This document shows, piece by piece, positions 27,601 through 41,980 of a DNA stretch of 64,000 nucleotides. The notes beneath the pieces are model-generated. The model had not been told where the DNA came from, did not search any database, and was given only the letters and a program-made list of their open reading frames with translations. This DNA is from Yuukianura sp. NJ FZ-2021. Lineage: Eukaryota. The stretch spans positions 1,984,001 through 2,048,000 of the forward strand of contig CM102287.1 in the NCBI GenBank assembly GCA_046563655.1, given 5' to 3'. The position numbers were made by a program, and so were the translations under genes. Within the stretch, counting starts at the first letter, position 1; every line of letters starts with the position of its first letter.

Positions 27601-30600
27601 TATGCACTTGTTGCATAGTAGAGTTGTGCTAAAATAGAATTTCGGACTGTTTTTGGACACAAGTTATTTAGATGTCCTTTATTTGATGCGAACGATGTTA
27701 GTAAAACATACAAAAGTATTTCGTAAAAATTCCAACCAATAATAGCAAATAATGTTGAATGTTCAATTTTGATTTGGAAAGTGTTATAATCGAATATTCC
27801 TTGAAATTCCATAGGCAACTGAGTGATCGTGATTCCTAGTATCAAAGTGAGAACTCCTGGTTGGTATCTGGAGTGAGGGCAAGCTCGACATTTCACCGGC
27901 ACTTCTCGTTTGTGCTCAAAGATGAACCCTGACAACATGTGGTTCACTGGGTGATTTTGTCGTTGATGCAGTACGACAAAGTGGACCGGTATTTGATGCA
28001 TAAGATAAAGATGGTTATCAACGGTAACAAAGGTAAATTCCATGTTTTAGTGTTTCAGGCTTTGTTGTATAGTTCACCCATTAGTTAAACCTAAATGGCT
28101 ATTAGATTTATGCACTTGTTGCATAGTAGAGTTGTGCTAAAATAGAATTTCGGACTGTTTTTGGACACAAGTTATTTAGATGTCCTTTATTTGATGCGAA
28201 CGATGTTAGTAAAACATACAAAAGTATTTCGTAAAAATTCCAACCAATAATAGCAAATAATGTTGAATGTTCAATTTTGATTTGGAAAGTGTTATAATCG
28301 AATATTCCCTGAAATTCCATAGGCAACTGAGTGATCGTGATTCCTAGTATCAAAGTGAGAACTCCTGGTTGGTATCTGGAGTGAGGGCAAGCTCGACATT
28401 TCACCGGCACTTCTCGTTTGTGCTCAAAGATGAACCCTGACAACATGTGGTTCACTGGGTGATTTTGTCGTTGATGCAGTACGACAAAGTGGACCGGTAT
28501 TTGATGCATAACATAAAGATGGTTATCAACGGTAACAAAGGTAAATTCCATGTTTTAGTGTTTCAGGCTTTGTTGTATAGTTCACCCATTAGTTAAACCT
28601 AAATGACTATTAGATTTATGCACTTGTTGCATAGTAGAGTTGTGCTAAAATAGAATTTCGGACTGTTTTTGGACACAAGTTATTTAGATGTCCTTTATTT
28701 GATGCGAACGATGTTAGTAAAACATACAAAAGTATTTCGTAAAAATTCCAACCAATAATAGCAAATAATGTTGAATGTTCAATTTTGATTTGGAAAGTGT
28801 TATAATCGAATATTCCCTGAAATTCCATAGGCAACTGAGTGATCGTGATTCCTAGTATCAAAGTGAGAACTCCTGGTTGGTATCTGGAGTGAGGGCAAGC
28901 TCGACATTTCACCGGCACTTCTCGTTTGTGCTCAAAGATGAACCCTGACAACATGTGGTTCACTGGGTGATTTTGTCGTTGATGCAGTACGACAAAGTGG
29001 ACCGGTATTTGATGCATAACATAAAGATGGTTATCAACGGTAACAAAGGTAAATTCCATGTTTTAGTGTTTCAGGCTTTGTTGTATAGTTCACCCATTAG
29101 TTAAACCTAAATGGCTATTAGATTTATGCACTTGTTGCATAGTAGAGTTGTGCTAAAATAGAATTTCGGACTGTTTTTGGACACAAGTTATTTAGATGTC
29201 CTTTATTTGATGCGAACGATGTTAGTAAAACATACAAAAGTATTTCGTAAAAATTCCAACCAATAATAGCAAATAATGTTGAATGTTCAATTTTGATTTG
29301 GAAAGTGTTATAATCGAATATTCCTTGAAATTCCATAGGCAACTGAGTGATCGTGATTCCTAGTATCAAAGTGAGAACTCCTGGTTGGTATCTGGAGTGA
29401 GGGCAAGCTCGACATTTCACCGGCACTTCTCGTTTGTGCTCAAAGATGAACCCTGACAACAAGTGGTTCACTGGGTGATTTTGTCGTTGATGTAGTACGA
29501 CAAAGTGGACCGGTATTTGATGCATAACATAAAGATGGTTATCAACGGTAACAAAGGTAAATTCCATGTTTTAGTGTTTCAGGCTTTGTTGTATAGTTCA
29601 CCCATTAGTTAAACCTAAATGGCTATTAGATTTATGCACTTGTTGCATAGTAGAGTTGTGCTAAAATAGAATTTCGGACTGTTTTTGGACACAAGTTATT
29701 TAAGATGTCCTTTATTTGATGCGAACGATGTTAGTAAAACATACAAAAGTATTTCGTAAAAATTCCAACCAATAATAGCAAATAATGTTGAATGTTCAAT
29801 TTTGATTTAGAAAGTGTTATAATCGAATATTCCCTGAAATTCCATAGGCAACTGAGTGATCGTGATTCCTAGTATCAAAGTGAGAACTCCTGGTTGGTAT
29901 CTGGAGTGAGGGCAAGCTCGACATTTCACCGGCACTTCTCGTTTGTGCTCAAAGATGAACCCTGACAACATGTGGTTCACTGGGTGATTTTGTCGTTGAT
30001 GTAGTACGACAAAGTGGACCGGTATTTGATGCATAACATAAAGATGGTTATCAACGGTAACAAAGGTAAATTCCATGTTTTAGTGTTTCAGGCTTTGTTG
30101 TATAGTTCACCCATTAGTTAAACCTAAATGGCTATTAGATTTATGCACTTGTTGCATAGTAGAGTTGTGCTAAAATAGAATTTCGGACTGTTTTTGGACA
30201 CAAGTTATTCAGATGTCCTTTAGTTGAAGTGAACGATGTTAGTAAAACATACAAAAGTATTTCATAAAAATTCCAACCAATAATAGCAAATAATGTTGAA
30301 TGTTCAATTTTGATTTAGAAAATGTTATAATCGAATATTCCGTTAAATTCCATAGGCAACTGAGTGATCGTGATTCCTAGTATCAAAGTGAGAACTCCTG
30401 GTTGGTATCTGGAGTGAGGGCAAGCTCGACATTTCACCGGCACTTCTCGTTTGTGCTCAAAGATGAACCCTGACAACATGTGGTTCACTGGGTGATTTTG
30501 TCGTTGATGCAGTACGACAAAGTGGACCGGTATTTGATGCATAACATAAAGATGGTTATCAACGGTAACAAAGGTAAATTCCATGTTTTAGTGTTTCAGG

Positions 30601-33600
30601 CTTTGTTGTATAGTTCACCCATTAGTTAAACCTAAATGACTGTTAGATTTATGCACTTGTAGCATAGTAGAGTTGTGCGAAAGTAAAATTTCGGATTGTT
30701 GTTGGACACAAGTTATTCAGATGTCCTTTATTTGAAGTGAACGATGTTAGTAAAACATACAAAAGTATTTCCTAAAAATTCCAACCAATAATAGCAAATA
30801 ATGTTGAATGTTCAATTTTGATTTAGAAAATGTTATAATCGAATATTCCTTGAAATTCCATAGACAACTGAGTGATCGTGATTTCTAGTATCAAAGTGAG
30901 AACTCCTGGTTTGTATCTGGAGTGAAGGCAAGCTCGACATTTCACCGGCACTTCTCGTTTGTGCTCAAAGGTGAACCCTGACAACAAGTGGTTCACTGGG
31001 TGATTTTGTCGTTGATGTAGTACGACAAAGTGGACCGGTATTTGATGCATAACATAAAGATGGTTATCAACGGTAACAAAGGTAAATTCCATGTTTTAGT
31101 GTTTCAGGCTTTGTTGTATAGTTCACCCATTAGTTAAACCTAAATGACTATTAGATTTATGCACTTGTTGCATAGTAGAGTAGTGCTAAAATAAAATTTC
31201 GGACTGTTTTTGGACACAAGTTATTTAGATGTCCTTCATTTGATGCGTACGATGTTAGTAAAACATACAAAAGTATTTCGTAAAAATTCCAACCAATAAT
31301 AGCAAATAATGTTGAATGTTCAATTTTGATTTGGAAAGTGTTATAATCGAATATTACCTGAAATTTCATAGGCAACTGAGTGATCGTGATTCCTAGTATC
31401 AAAGTGAGAACTCCTGGTTGGTATCTGGAGTGAGGGCAAGCTCGACATTTCACCGGCACTTCTCGTTTGTGCTCAAAGATGAACCCTGACAACATGTGGT
31501 TCACTGGGTGATTTTGTCGTTGATGCAGTACGACAAAGTGGACCGGTATTTGATGCATAACATAAAGATGGTTATCAACGGTAACAAAGGTAAATTCCAT
31601 GTTTTAGTGTTTCAGGCTTTGTTGTATAGTTCACCCATTAGTTAAACCTAAATGGCTATTAGATTTATGCACTTGTTGCATAGTAGAGTTGTGCTAAAAT
31701 AGAATTTCGGACTGTTTTTGGACACAAGTTATTTAGATGTCCTTTATTTGATGCGAACGATGTTAGTAAAACATACAAAAGTATTTCGTAAAAATTCCAA
31801 CCAATAATAGCAAATAATGTTGAATGTTCAATTTTGATTTGGAAAGCGTTATAATCGAATATTCCTTGAAATTCCACAGGCAACTGAGTGATCGTGATTC
31901 CTAGTATCAAAGTGAGAACTCCTGGTTGGTAATCTGGAGTGAGGGCAAGCTCGACATTTCACCGGCACTTCTCGTTTGTGCTCAAAGATGAACCCTGACA
32001 ACATGTGGTTCACTGGGTGATTTTGTCGTTGATGCAGTACGACAAAGTGGACCGGTATTTGATGCATAACATAAAGATGGTTATCAACGGTAACAAAGGT
32101 AAATTCCATGTTTTAGTGTTTCAGGCTTTGTTGTATAGTTCACCCATTAGTTAAACCTAAATGGCTATTAGATTTATGCACTTGTTGCATAGTAGAGTTG
32201 TGCTAAAATAGAATTTCGGACTGTTTTTGGACACAAGTTATTTAGATGTCCTTTATTTGATGCGAACGATGTTAGTAAAACATACAAAAGTATTTCGTAA
32301 AAATTCCAACCAATAATAGCAAATAATGTTGAATGTTCAATTTTGATTTGGAAAGTGTTATAATCGAATATTCCCTGAAATTCCATAGGCAACTGAGTGA
32401 TCGTGATTCCTAGTATCAAAGTGAGAACTCCTGGTTGGTATCTGGAGTGAGGGCAAGCTCGACATTTCACCGGCACTTCTCGTTTGTGCTCAAAGATGAA
32501 CCCTGACAACATGTGGTTCACTGGGTGATTTTGTCGTTGATGCAGTACGACAAAGTGGACCGGTATTTGATGCATAACATAAAGATGGTTATCAACGGTA
32601 ACAAAGGTAAATTCCATGTTTTAGTGTTTCAGGCTTTGTTGTATAGTTCACCCATTAGTTAAACCTAAATGACTATTAGATTTATGCACTTGTTGCATAG
32701 TAGAGTAGTGCTAAAATAAAATTTCGGACTGTTTTTGGACACAAGTTATTTAGATGTCCTTTATTTGATGTGAACGATGTTAGTAAAACATACAAAAGTA
32801 TTTCGTAAAAATTCCAACCAATAATAGCAAATAATGTTGAATGTTCAATTTTGATTTAGAAAATGTTATAATCGAATATTCCTTGAAATTCCATAGGCAA
32901 CTGAGTGATCGTGATTTCTAGTATCAAAGTGAGAACTCCTGGTTTGTATCTGGAGTGAAGGCAAGCTCGACATTTCACCGTCACTTCTCGTTTGTGCTCA
33001 AAGGTGAACCCTGACAACAAGTGGTTCACTGGGTGATTTTGTCGTTGATGTAGTACGACAAAGTGGACCGGTATTTGATGCATAAGATAAGGATGGTTAT
33101 CAACGGTAACAAAGGTAAATTCCATGTTTTAGTGTTTCAGGCTTTGTTGTATAGTTCACCCATTAGTTAAACCTAAATGGCTATTAGATTTATGCACTTG
33201 TTGCATAGTAGAGTTGTGCTAAAATATAATTTCGGATTGTTGTTGGACACAAGTTATTCAGATGTCCTTTAGTTGAAGTGAACGATGTTAGTAAAACATA
33301 CAAAAGTATTTCATAAAAATTCCAACCAATAATAGCAAATAATGTTGAATGTTCAATTTTGATTTAGAAAATGTTATAATCGAATATTCCCTGAAATTCC
33401 ATAGGCAACTGAGTGATCGTGATTCCTAGTATCAAAGTGAGAACTCCTGGTTGGTATCTGGAGTGAGGGCAAGCTCGACATTTCACCGGCACTTCTCGTT
33501 TGTGCTCAAAGATGAACCCTGACAACATGTGGTTCACTGGGTGATTTTGTCGTTGATGCAGTACGACAAAGTGGACCGGTATTTGATGCATAAGATAAAG

Positions 33601-34987
33601 ATGGTTATCAACGGTAACAAAGGTAAATTCCATGTTTTAGTGTTTCAGGCTTTGTTGTATAGTTCACCCATTAGTTAAACCTAAATGGCTATTAGATTTA
33701 TGCACTTGTTGCATAGTAGAGTTGTGCTAAAATAGAATTTCGGACTGTTTTTGGACACAAGTTATTTAGATGTCCTTTATTTGATGCGAACGATGTTAGT
33801 AAAACATACAAAAGTATTTCGTAAAAATTCCAACCAATAATAGCAAATAATGTTGAATGTTCAATTTTGATTTGGAAAGTGTTATAATCGAATATTCCCT
33901 GAAATTCCATAGGCAACTGAGTGATCGTGATTCCTAGTATCAAAGTGAGAACTCCTGGTTGGTATCTGGAGTGAGGGCAAGCTCGACATTTCACCGGCAC
34001 TTCTCGTTTGTGCTCAAAGATGAACCCTGACAACATGTGGTTCACTGGGTGATTTTGTCGTTGATGCAGTACGACAAAGTGGACCGGTATTTGATGCATA
34101 ACATAAAGATGGTTATCAACGGTAACAAAGGTAAATTCCATGTTTTAGTGTTTCAGGCTTTGTTGTATAGTTCACCCATTAGTTAAACCTAAATGGCTAT
34201 TAGATTTATGCACTTGTTGCATAGTAGAGTTGTGCTAAAATAGAATTTCGGACTGTTTTTGGACACAAGTTATTTAGATGTCCTTTATTTGATGCGAACG
34301 ATGTTAGTAAAACATACAAAAGTATTTCGTAAAAATTCCAACCAATAATAGCAAATAATGTTGAATGTTCAATTTTGATTTGGAAAGCGTCATAATCGAA
34401 TATTCCCTGAAATTCCATAGGCAACTGAGTGATCGTGATTCCTAGTATCAAAGTGAGAACTCCTGGTTGGTATCTGGAGTGAGGGCAAGCTCGACATTTC
34501 ACCGGCACTTCTCGTTTGGGCTCAACGATGAACCCTGACAACATGTGGTTCACTGGGTGATTTTGTCGTTGATGTAGTACGACAAAGTGGACCGGTATTT
34601 GATGCATAACATAAAGATGGTTATCAACGGTAACAAAGGTAAATTCCATGTTTTAGTGTTTCAGGCTTTGTTGTATAGTTCACCCATTAGTTAAACCTAA
34701 ATGACTATTAGATTTATGCACTTGTTGCATAGTAGAGTTGTGCTAAAATAGAATTTCGGACTGTTTTTGGACACAAGTTATTTAGATGTCCTTTATTTGA
34801 TGCGAACGATGTTAGTAAAACATACAAAAGTATTTCGTAAAAATTCCAACCAATAATAGCAAATAATGTTGAATGTTCAATTTTGATTTGGAAAGTGTTA
34901 TAATCGAATATTCCCTGAAATTCCATAGGCAACTGAGTGATCGTGATTGTTAGTATCAAAGGTGAGAACTCCTGGTTGGAATCTGGA

Positions 34988-35087
34988 NNNNNNNNNNNNN
35001 NNNNNNNNNNNNNNNNNNNNNNNNNNNNNNNNNNNNNNNNNNNNNNNNNNNNNNNNNNNNNNNNNNNNNNNNNNNNNNNNNNNNNNN
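34988..35087. other. Assembly gap (100 N)
   Basis: Run of exactly 100 N, typical of an unsized scaffold join. Confidence 0.99.
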
Positions 35088-38000
35088 AGTGCCTAGAACT
35101 CAATTTTTGGTAAAAAAAATTCAATTTTTTCGCAAAAAAAAGTGACAAAGGAGGTATTCGGGGCTACGGTGGATCACAATTTTGCAATCCGAAAATTTAA
35201 GTCCGATCACCACATAAAGTGCCTAGAACTCAATTTTTGGTGAAAAAATTCAATTTTTTTGCAAAAAAAGTGACAAAGAAGTCATTCTGGGCTATGTTGG
35301 ATCACAATTTTGCAATCCGAAATTTGAGTCCGATCACCACATAAAAGTGCCTAGAACTCAATTTTTGGTGAAAAATTCAATTTTTTCACCAAAAAGTGAC
35401 AAAGGAGGTATTCTGGGCTATGTTGGATCACAATTTTGCAATCCGAAAATTTAAGTCCGATCACCACATAAAGTGCCTAGAACTCAATTTTTGGTGAAAA
35501 AATTCAATTTTTTCGCAAAAAAAGTGACAAAGGAGTCATTCTGGGCTGTGGCGGATCACAATTTTGCAATCCGAAAATTTAAGTCCGATCACCACATAAA
35601 GTGCCTGGAACTCAATTTTTGGTGAAAAAATTCAATTTTTTCGCAAAAAATTCAATTTTTTCCCAAAAAAAGTGACAAAGAAGTCATTCTGGGCTATGTT
35701 GGATCACAATTTTGCAATCCGAAAGTTTGAGTCCGATCACCACATAAAGTGCCTAGAACTCAATTTTTGGTGAAAAAATTCAATTTTTTTCGCAAAAAGT
35801 GACAAAGGAGTCATTCTGGGCTATGGTGGATCACAATATTGCAATCCGAAAATTTAAGTCCGATCACCACATAAAGTGCCTAGAACTCAATTTTTGGTGA
35901 AAAAATTCAATTTTTGGTGAAAAAATTCAATTTTTTCGCAAAAAAAGTGACAAAGGAGTCATTCTGGGCTATGTTGGATCACAATTTTGCAATCCGAAAA
36001 TTTAAGTGCGATCACCATAAAGTGCCTAGAACTCAATTTTTGGTGAAAAAATTCAATTTTTTTTGCAAAAAAAAGTGACAAAGAAGTCATTCTGGGCTAT
36101 GTTGGATCACAATTTTGCAATCCGAAAGTTTGAGTCCGATCACCACATAAAGTGTCTAGAACTCAATTTTTGGTGAAAAAATTCAATTTTTTCACCAAAA
36201 AGTGACAAAGGAAGCATTCGGGGCTATGTTGGATCACAATTTTGCAATCCGAAAATTTAAGTCCGATCACCACATAAAGTGCCTAGAACTCAATTTTTGG
36301 TAAAAAAAATTCAATTTTTTCGCAAAAAAAGTGACAAAGGAGTCATTCTGGGCTGTGCCGGATCACAATATTGCAATCCGAAAATTTAAGTCCGATCACC
36401 ACATAAAGTGCCTAGAACTCAATTTTTGGTGAAAAAATTCAATTTTTTCGCAAAAAATTCAATTTTTTCCCAAAAAAAGTGACAAAGAAGTCATTCTGGG
36501 CTATGTTGTATCACAATTTTGCAATCCGAAAGTTTGAGTCCGATCACCACATAAAGTGCCTAGAACTCAATTTTTGGTGAAAAAATTCAATTTTTTCACC
36601 AAAAAGTGACAAAGGAGGTATTCGGGGCTATGTTGGATCACAATTTTGCAATCCGAAAATTTAAGTGCGATCACCACATAAATTGCCTAGAACTCAATTT
36701 TTGGTGAAAAAAATCAATTTTTTTGCAAAAAAAAAGTGACAAAGTCCTTCTGGGCTACGGTGGATCACAATTTTGCAATCCGAAAATTTAAGTCCGATCA
36801 CCACATAAAGTGCCTAGAACTCAATTTTTGGTGAAAAAATTCAATTTTTTCGCAAAAAAAGTGACAAAGGAGGTCATTCTGGGCTACGGTGGATCACAAT
36901 TTTGCAATCCGAAAATTTAAGTCCGATCACCACATAAAGTGCCTAGAACTCAATTTTTGGTGAAAAAATTCAATTTTTTTGCAAAAAAAAGTGACAAAGA
37001 AGTCATTCGGGGCTATGTTGGATCACAATTTTGCAATCCGAAAAAATTTGAGTCCGATCACCACATAAAGTGCCTAGAACTCAATTTTTGGTGAAAAAAT
37101 TCAATTTTTTCACAAAAAAAGTGACAAAGAGTCATTCTGGGCTATGTTGGATCACAATTTTGCAATCCGAAAATTTAAGTCCGATCACCACATAAAGTGC
37201 CTAGAACTCAATTTTTGGTGAAAAATTCAATTTTTTGCAAAAAATTCAACTTTTTCGCAAAAAAAGTGACAAAGGAGTCATTCTGGGCTATGTTGGATCA
37301 CAATTTTGCAATCCGAAAATTTAAGTCCGATCACCACATAAAGTGCCTAGAACTCAATTTTTGGTGAAAAAATTCAATTTTTTCACCAAAAAGTGACAAA
37401 AGTCATTCTGGGCTATGTTGGATCACAATTTTGCAATCCGAAAATTTAAGTGCGATCACCACATAAATTGCCTAGAACTCAATTTTTGGTGAAAAAAAAT
37501 CAATTTTTTCGCAAAAAAAGTGACAAAGGAGTCATTCTGGGCTATGTTGGATCACAATTTTGCAATCCGAAAATTTAAGTCCGATCACCACATAAAGTGC
37601 CTAGAACTCAATTTTTGGTGAAAAAATTCAATTTTTTTTGCAAAAAAAGTGACAAAGAAGTCATTCTGGGCTATGTTGGATCACAATTTTGCAATCCGAA
37701 AGTTTGAGTCCGATCACCACATAAAGTGTCTAGAACTCAATTTTTGGTGAAAAAATTCAATTTTTTCACCAAAAAGTGACAAAGGAAGCATTCGGGGCTA
37801 TGTTGGATCACAATTTTGCAATCCGAAAATTTAAGTCCGATCACCACATAAAGTGCCTAGAACTCAATTTTTGGTGAAAAAATTCAATTTTTTCGCAAAA
37901 AAAGTGACAAAGGAGTCATTCTGGGCTGTGGCGGATCACAATATTGCAATCCGAAAATTTAAGTCCGATCACCACATAAAGTGCCTAGAACTCAATTTTT

Positions 38001-41000
38001 GGTGAAAAAATTCAATTTTTTCGCAAAAAAAAGTGACAAAGAAGTCATTCTGGGCTATGTTGGATCACAATTTTGCAATCCGAAAATTTAAGTCCGATCA
38101 CCACATAAAGTGCCTAGAACTCAATTTTTGGTGAAAAAATTCAATTTTTTCACCAAAAAGTGACAAAGAAGTCATTCTGGGCTATGTTGGATCACAATTT
38201 TGCAATCCGAAAATTTAAGTCCGATCACCACATAAAGTGCCTAGAACTCAATTTTTGGTGAAAAAATTCAATTTTTTGCAAAAAAAGTGACAAAGTCCTT
38301 CTGGGCTACGGTGGATCACAATTTTGCAATCCGAAAATTTAAGTCCGATCACCACATAAAGTGCCTAGAACTCAATTTTTGGTGAAAAAATTCAATTTTT
38401 TCGCAAAAAAAGTGACAAAGGAGGTCATTCGGGGCTACGGTGGATCACAATTTTGCAATCCGAAAATTTAAGTCCGATCACCACATAAAGTGCCTAGAAC
38501 TCAATTTTTGGTGAAAAAATTCAATTTTTTTGCAAAAAAAGTGACAAAGAAGTCATTCTGGGCTATGTTGGATCACAATTTTGCAATCCGAAAGTTTGAG
38601 TCCGATCACCACATAAAGTGCCTAGAACTCAATTTTTGGTGAAAAAATTCAATTTTTTCACCAAAAAGTGACAAAGGAGGTATTCGGGGCTATGTTGGAT
38701 CACAATTTTGCAATCCGAAAATTTAAGTCCGATCACCACATAAAGTGCCTAGAACTCAATTTTTGGTGAAAAAATTCAATTTTTTTGCAAAAAAAAGTGA
38801 CAAAGAAGTCATTCTGGGCTATGTTGGATCACAATTTTGCAATCCGAAAATTTAAGTCCGATCACCACATAAAGTGCCTAGAACTCAATTTTTGGTGAAA
38901 AAATTCAATTTTTTCGCAAAAAAAGTGACAAAGGAGTCATTCTGGGCTATGTTGGATCACAATTTTGCAATCCGAAAATTTAAGTCCGATCACCACATAA
39001 AGTGCCTAGAACTCAATTTTTGGTGAAAAAATTCAATTTTTTGCAAAAAGTGACAAAGAAGTCATTCTGGGCTATGTTGGATCACAATTTTGCAATCCGA
39101 AAATTTAAGTCCGATCACCACATAAAGTGCCTAGAACTCAATTTTTGGTGAAAAAATTCAATTTTTTCGCAAAAAAAGTGACAAAGAAGTCATTCTGGGC
39201 TATGTGGCGGATCACAATATTGCAATCCGAAAATTTAAGTCCGATCACCACATAAAGTGCCTAGAACTCAATTTTTGGTGAAAATTCAATTTTTTCGCAA
39301 AAATTCAATTTTTTCGCAAAAAAAGTGACAAAGAAGTCATTCTGGGCTATGTTGGATCACAATTTTGCAATCCGAAAATTTGAGTCCGATCACCACATAA
39401 AGTGCCTAGAACTCAATTTTTGGTGAAAAAATTCAATTTTTTTGCAAAAAAAAGTGACAAAGAAGTCATTCGGGGCTATGTTGGATCACAATTTTGCAAT
39501 CCGAAAATTTAAGTCCGATCACCACATAAAGTGCCTAGAACTCAATTTTTGGTGAAAAAATTCAATTTTTTGCAAAAAAAGTGACAAAGTCCTTCTGGGC
39601 TACGGTGGATCACAATTTTGCAATCCGAAAATTTAAGTCCGATCACCACATAAAGTGCCTAGAACTCAATTTTTGGTAAAAAAAATTCAATTTTTTCGCA
39701 AAAAAAGTGACAAAGGAGGTATTCGGGGCTATGGTGGATCGCAATTTTGCAATCCGAAAATTTAAGTCCGATCACCACATAAAGTGCCTAGAACTCAATT
39801 TTTGGTGAAAAAATTCAATTTTTTTGCAAAAAAAAGTGACAAAGAAGTCATTCTGGGCTATGTTGGATCACAATTTTGCAATCCGAAAGTTTGAGTCCGA
39901 TCACCACATAAAGTGCCTAGAACTCAATTTTTGGTGAAAAAATTCAATTTTTTCACCAAAAAGTGACAAAGGAGGTATTCGGGGCTATGTTGGATCACAA
40001 TTTTGCAATCCGAAAATTTAAGTGCGATCACCACATAAAGTGCCTAGAACTCAATTTTTGGTGAAAAAATTCAATTTTTTCGCAAAAAAAGTGACAAAGA
40101 AGTCATTCTGGGCTATGTTGGATCACAATTTTGCAATCCGAAAATTTAAGTGCGATCACCACATAAATTGCCTAGAACTCAATTTTTGGTGAAAAAATTC
40201 AATTTTTTCACCAAAAAGTGACAAAGGAGGTATTCGGGGCTATGTTGGATCACAATTTTGCAATCCGAAAATTTAAGTCCGATCACCACATAAAGTGCCT
40301 AGAACTCAATTTTTGGTGAAAAAATTCAATTTTTTTGCAAAAAAAGTGACAAAGAAGTCATTCTGGGCTATGTTGGATCACAATTTTGCAATCCGAAAAT
40401 TTAAGTGCGATCACCACATAAAGTGCCTAGAACTCAATTTTTGGTGAAAAAATTCAATTTTTTCGCAAAAAAAGTGACAAAAAGTCATTCTGGGCTATGT
40501 TGGATCACAATTTTGCAATCCGAAATTTGAGTCCGATCACCACATAAAGTGCCTAGAACTCAATTTTTGGTGAAAAAATTCAATTTTTTCACCAAAAAAA
40601 GTGACAAAGGAGTATTCGGGGCTATGTTGGATCACAATTTTGCAATCCGAAAATTTAAGTCCGATCACCACATAAAGTGCCTAGAACTCAATTTTTGGTG
40701 AAAAAATTCAATTTTTTCGCAAAAAAAGTGACAAAGAAGTCATTCTGGGCTATGTTGGATCACAATTTTGCAATCCGAAAATTTGAGTCCGATCACCACA
40801 TAAAGTGCCTAGAACTCAATTTTTGGTGAAAAATTCAATTTTTTTCACCAAAAAGTGACAAAGGAGGTATTCGGGGCTATGTTGGATCACAATTTTGCAA
40901 TCCGAAAATTTGAGTCCGATCACCACATAAAGTGCCTAGAACTCAATTTTTGGTGAAAAAATTCAATTTTTTTGCAAAAAATTCAATTTTTTCGCAAAAA

Positions 41001-41980
41001 AAGTGACAAAGGAGTCATTCTGGGCTATGGTGGATCACAATATTGCAATCCGAAAATTTAAGTCCGATCACCACATAAAGTGCCTAGAACTCAATTTTTG
41101 GTGAAAAAATTCAATTTTTTCACCAAAAAGTGACAAAGAAGTCAGTCTGGGCTATGTTGGATCACAATATTGCAATCCGAAAATTTAAGTGCGATCACCA
41201 CATAAATTGCCTAGAACTCAATTTTTGGTGAAAAAAATCAATTTTTTTGCAAAAAAAAGTGACAAAGTCCTTCTGGGCTACGGTGGATCACAATTTTGCA
41301 ATCCGAAAATTTAAGTCCGATCACCACATAAAGTGCCTAGAACTCAATTTTTGGTAAAAAAAATTCAATTTTTTCGCAAAAAAAAGTGACAAAGGAGGTA
41401 TTCGGGGCTACGGTGGATCACAATTTTGCAATCCGAAAATTTAAGTCCGATCACCACATAAAGTGCCTAGAACTCAATTTTTGGTGAAAAAATTCAATTT
41501 TTTCGCAAAAAATTCAATTTTTTCGCAAAAAATTCAATTTTTTCGCAAAAAAAGTGACAAAGAAGTCATTCTGGGCTATGTTGGATCACAATTTTGCAAT
41601 CCGAAAGTTTGAGTCCGATCACCACATAAAGTGCCTAGAACTCAATCTTTGGTGAAAAAATTCAATTTTTTCACCAAAAAGTGACAAAGGAGGTATTCGG
41701 GGCTATGTTGGATCACAATTTTGCAATCCGAAAATTTAAGTGCGATCACCACATAAAGTGCCTAGAACTCAATTTTTGGTGAAAAAATTCAATTTTTGAT
41801 TTTTGGTGAAAAAATTCAATTTTTTCGCAAAAAAAGTGACAAAGGAGTCATTCTGGGCTATGGTGGATCAAAATATTGCAATCCGAAAATTTAAGTCCGA
41901 TCACCACATAAAGTGCCTAGAACTCAATTTTTGGTGAAAAAATTCAATTTTTTCGCAAAAAATTCAATTTTTTCGCAAAA
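35088..41980. repeat. ~128-bp satellite array (~53 monomers; some ~147 bp due to an internal 18-20-bp duplication)
   Basis: Repeating consensus AAAAAAGTGACAAAGAAGTCATTCTGGGCTATGTTGGATCACAATTTTGCAATCCGAAAATTTAAGTCCGATCACCACATAAAGTGCCTAGAACTCAATTTTTGGTGAAAAAATTCAATTTTTTCGC. Confidence 0.98.

Larger units (their letters stand above)
1..34987. repeat. Tandem array of a 508-bp unit, about 69 copies (open at the window start, ends at an assembly gap)
   Basis: ATGTGGTTCACTGGGTG recurs at 1, 509, 1017 and onward; ORF-track coordinates step by 508 with rare 507/509/502 units; copies are near-identical. Confidence 0.99.

Noticed and set aside
172..34649. Repeated 147-aa ORF (MEFTFVTV...) as a tandem protein-coding gene family
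   Set aside because: No recognisable domain; roughly a third of copies are truncated by recurrent stops or frameshifts; the intact N-terminal 89 codons simply overlap the conserved hairpin block on the opposite strand. Not fully excluded without Ribo-seq
1..34987. CRISPR-like array (constant plus variable segments)
   Set aside because: Variable segments are alleles of one sequence rather than unique spacers; the unit is far too long; the context is eukaryotic with no cas genes
34981..35100. Biological junction between the two arrays and the 144-aa ORF spanning it
   Set aside because: Separated by an unsized 100-N gap, so adjacency is unproven and the ORF is an artefact
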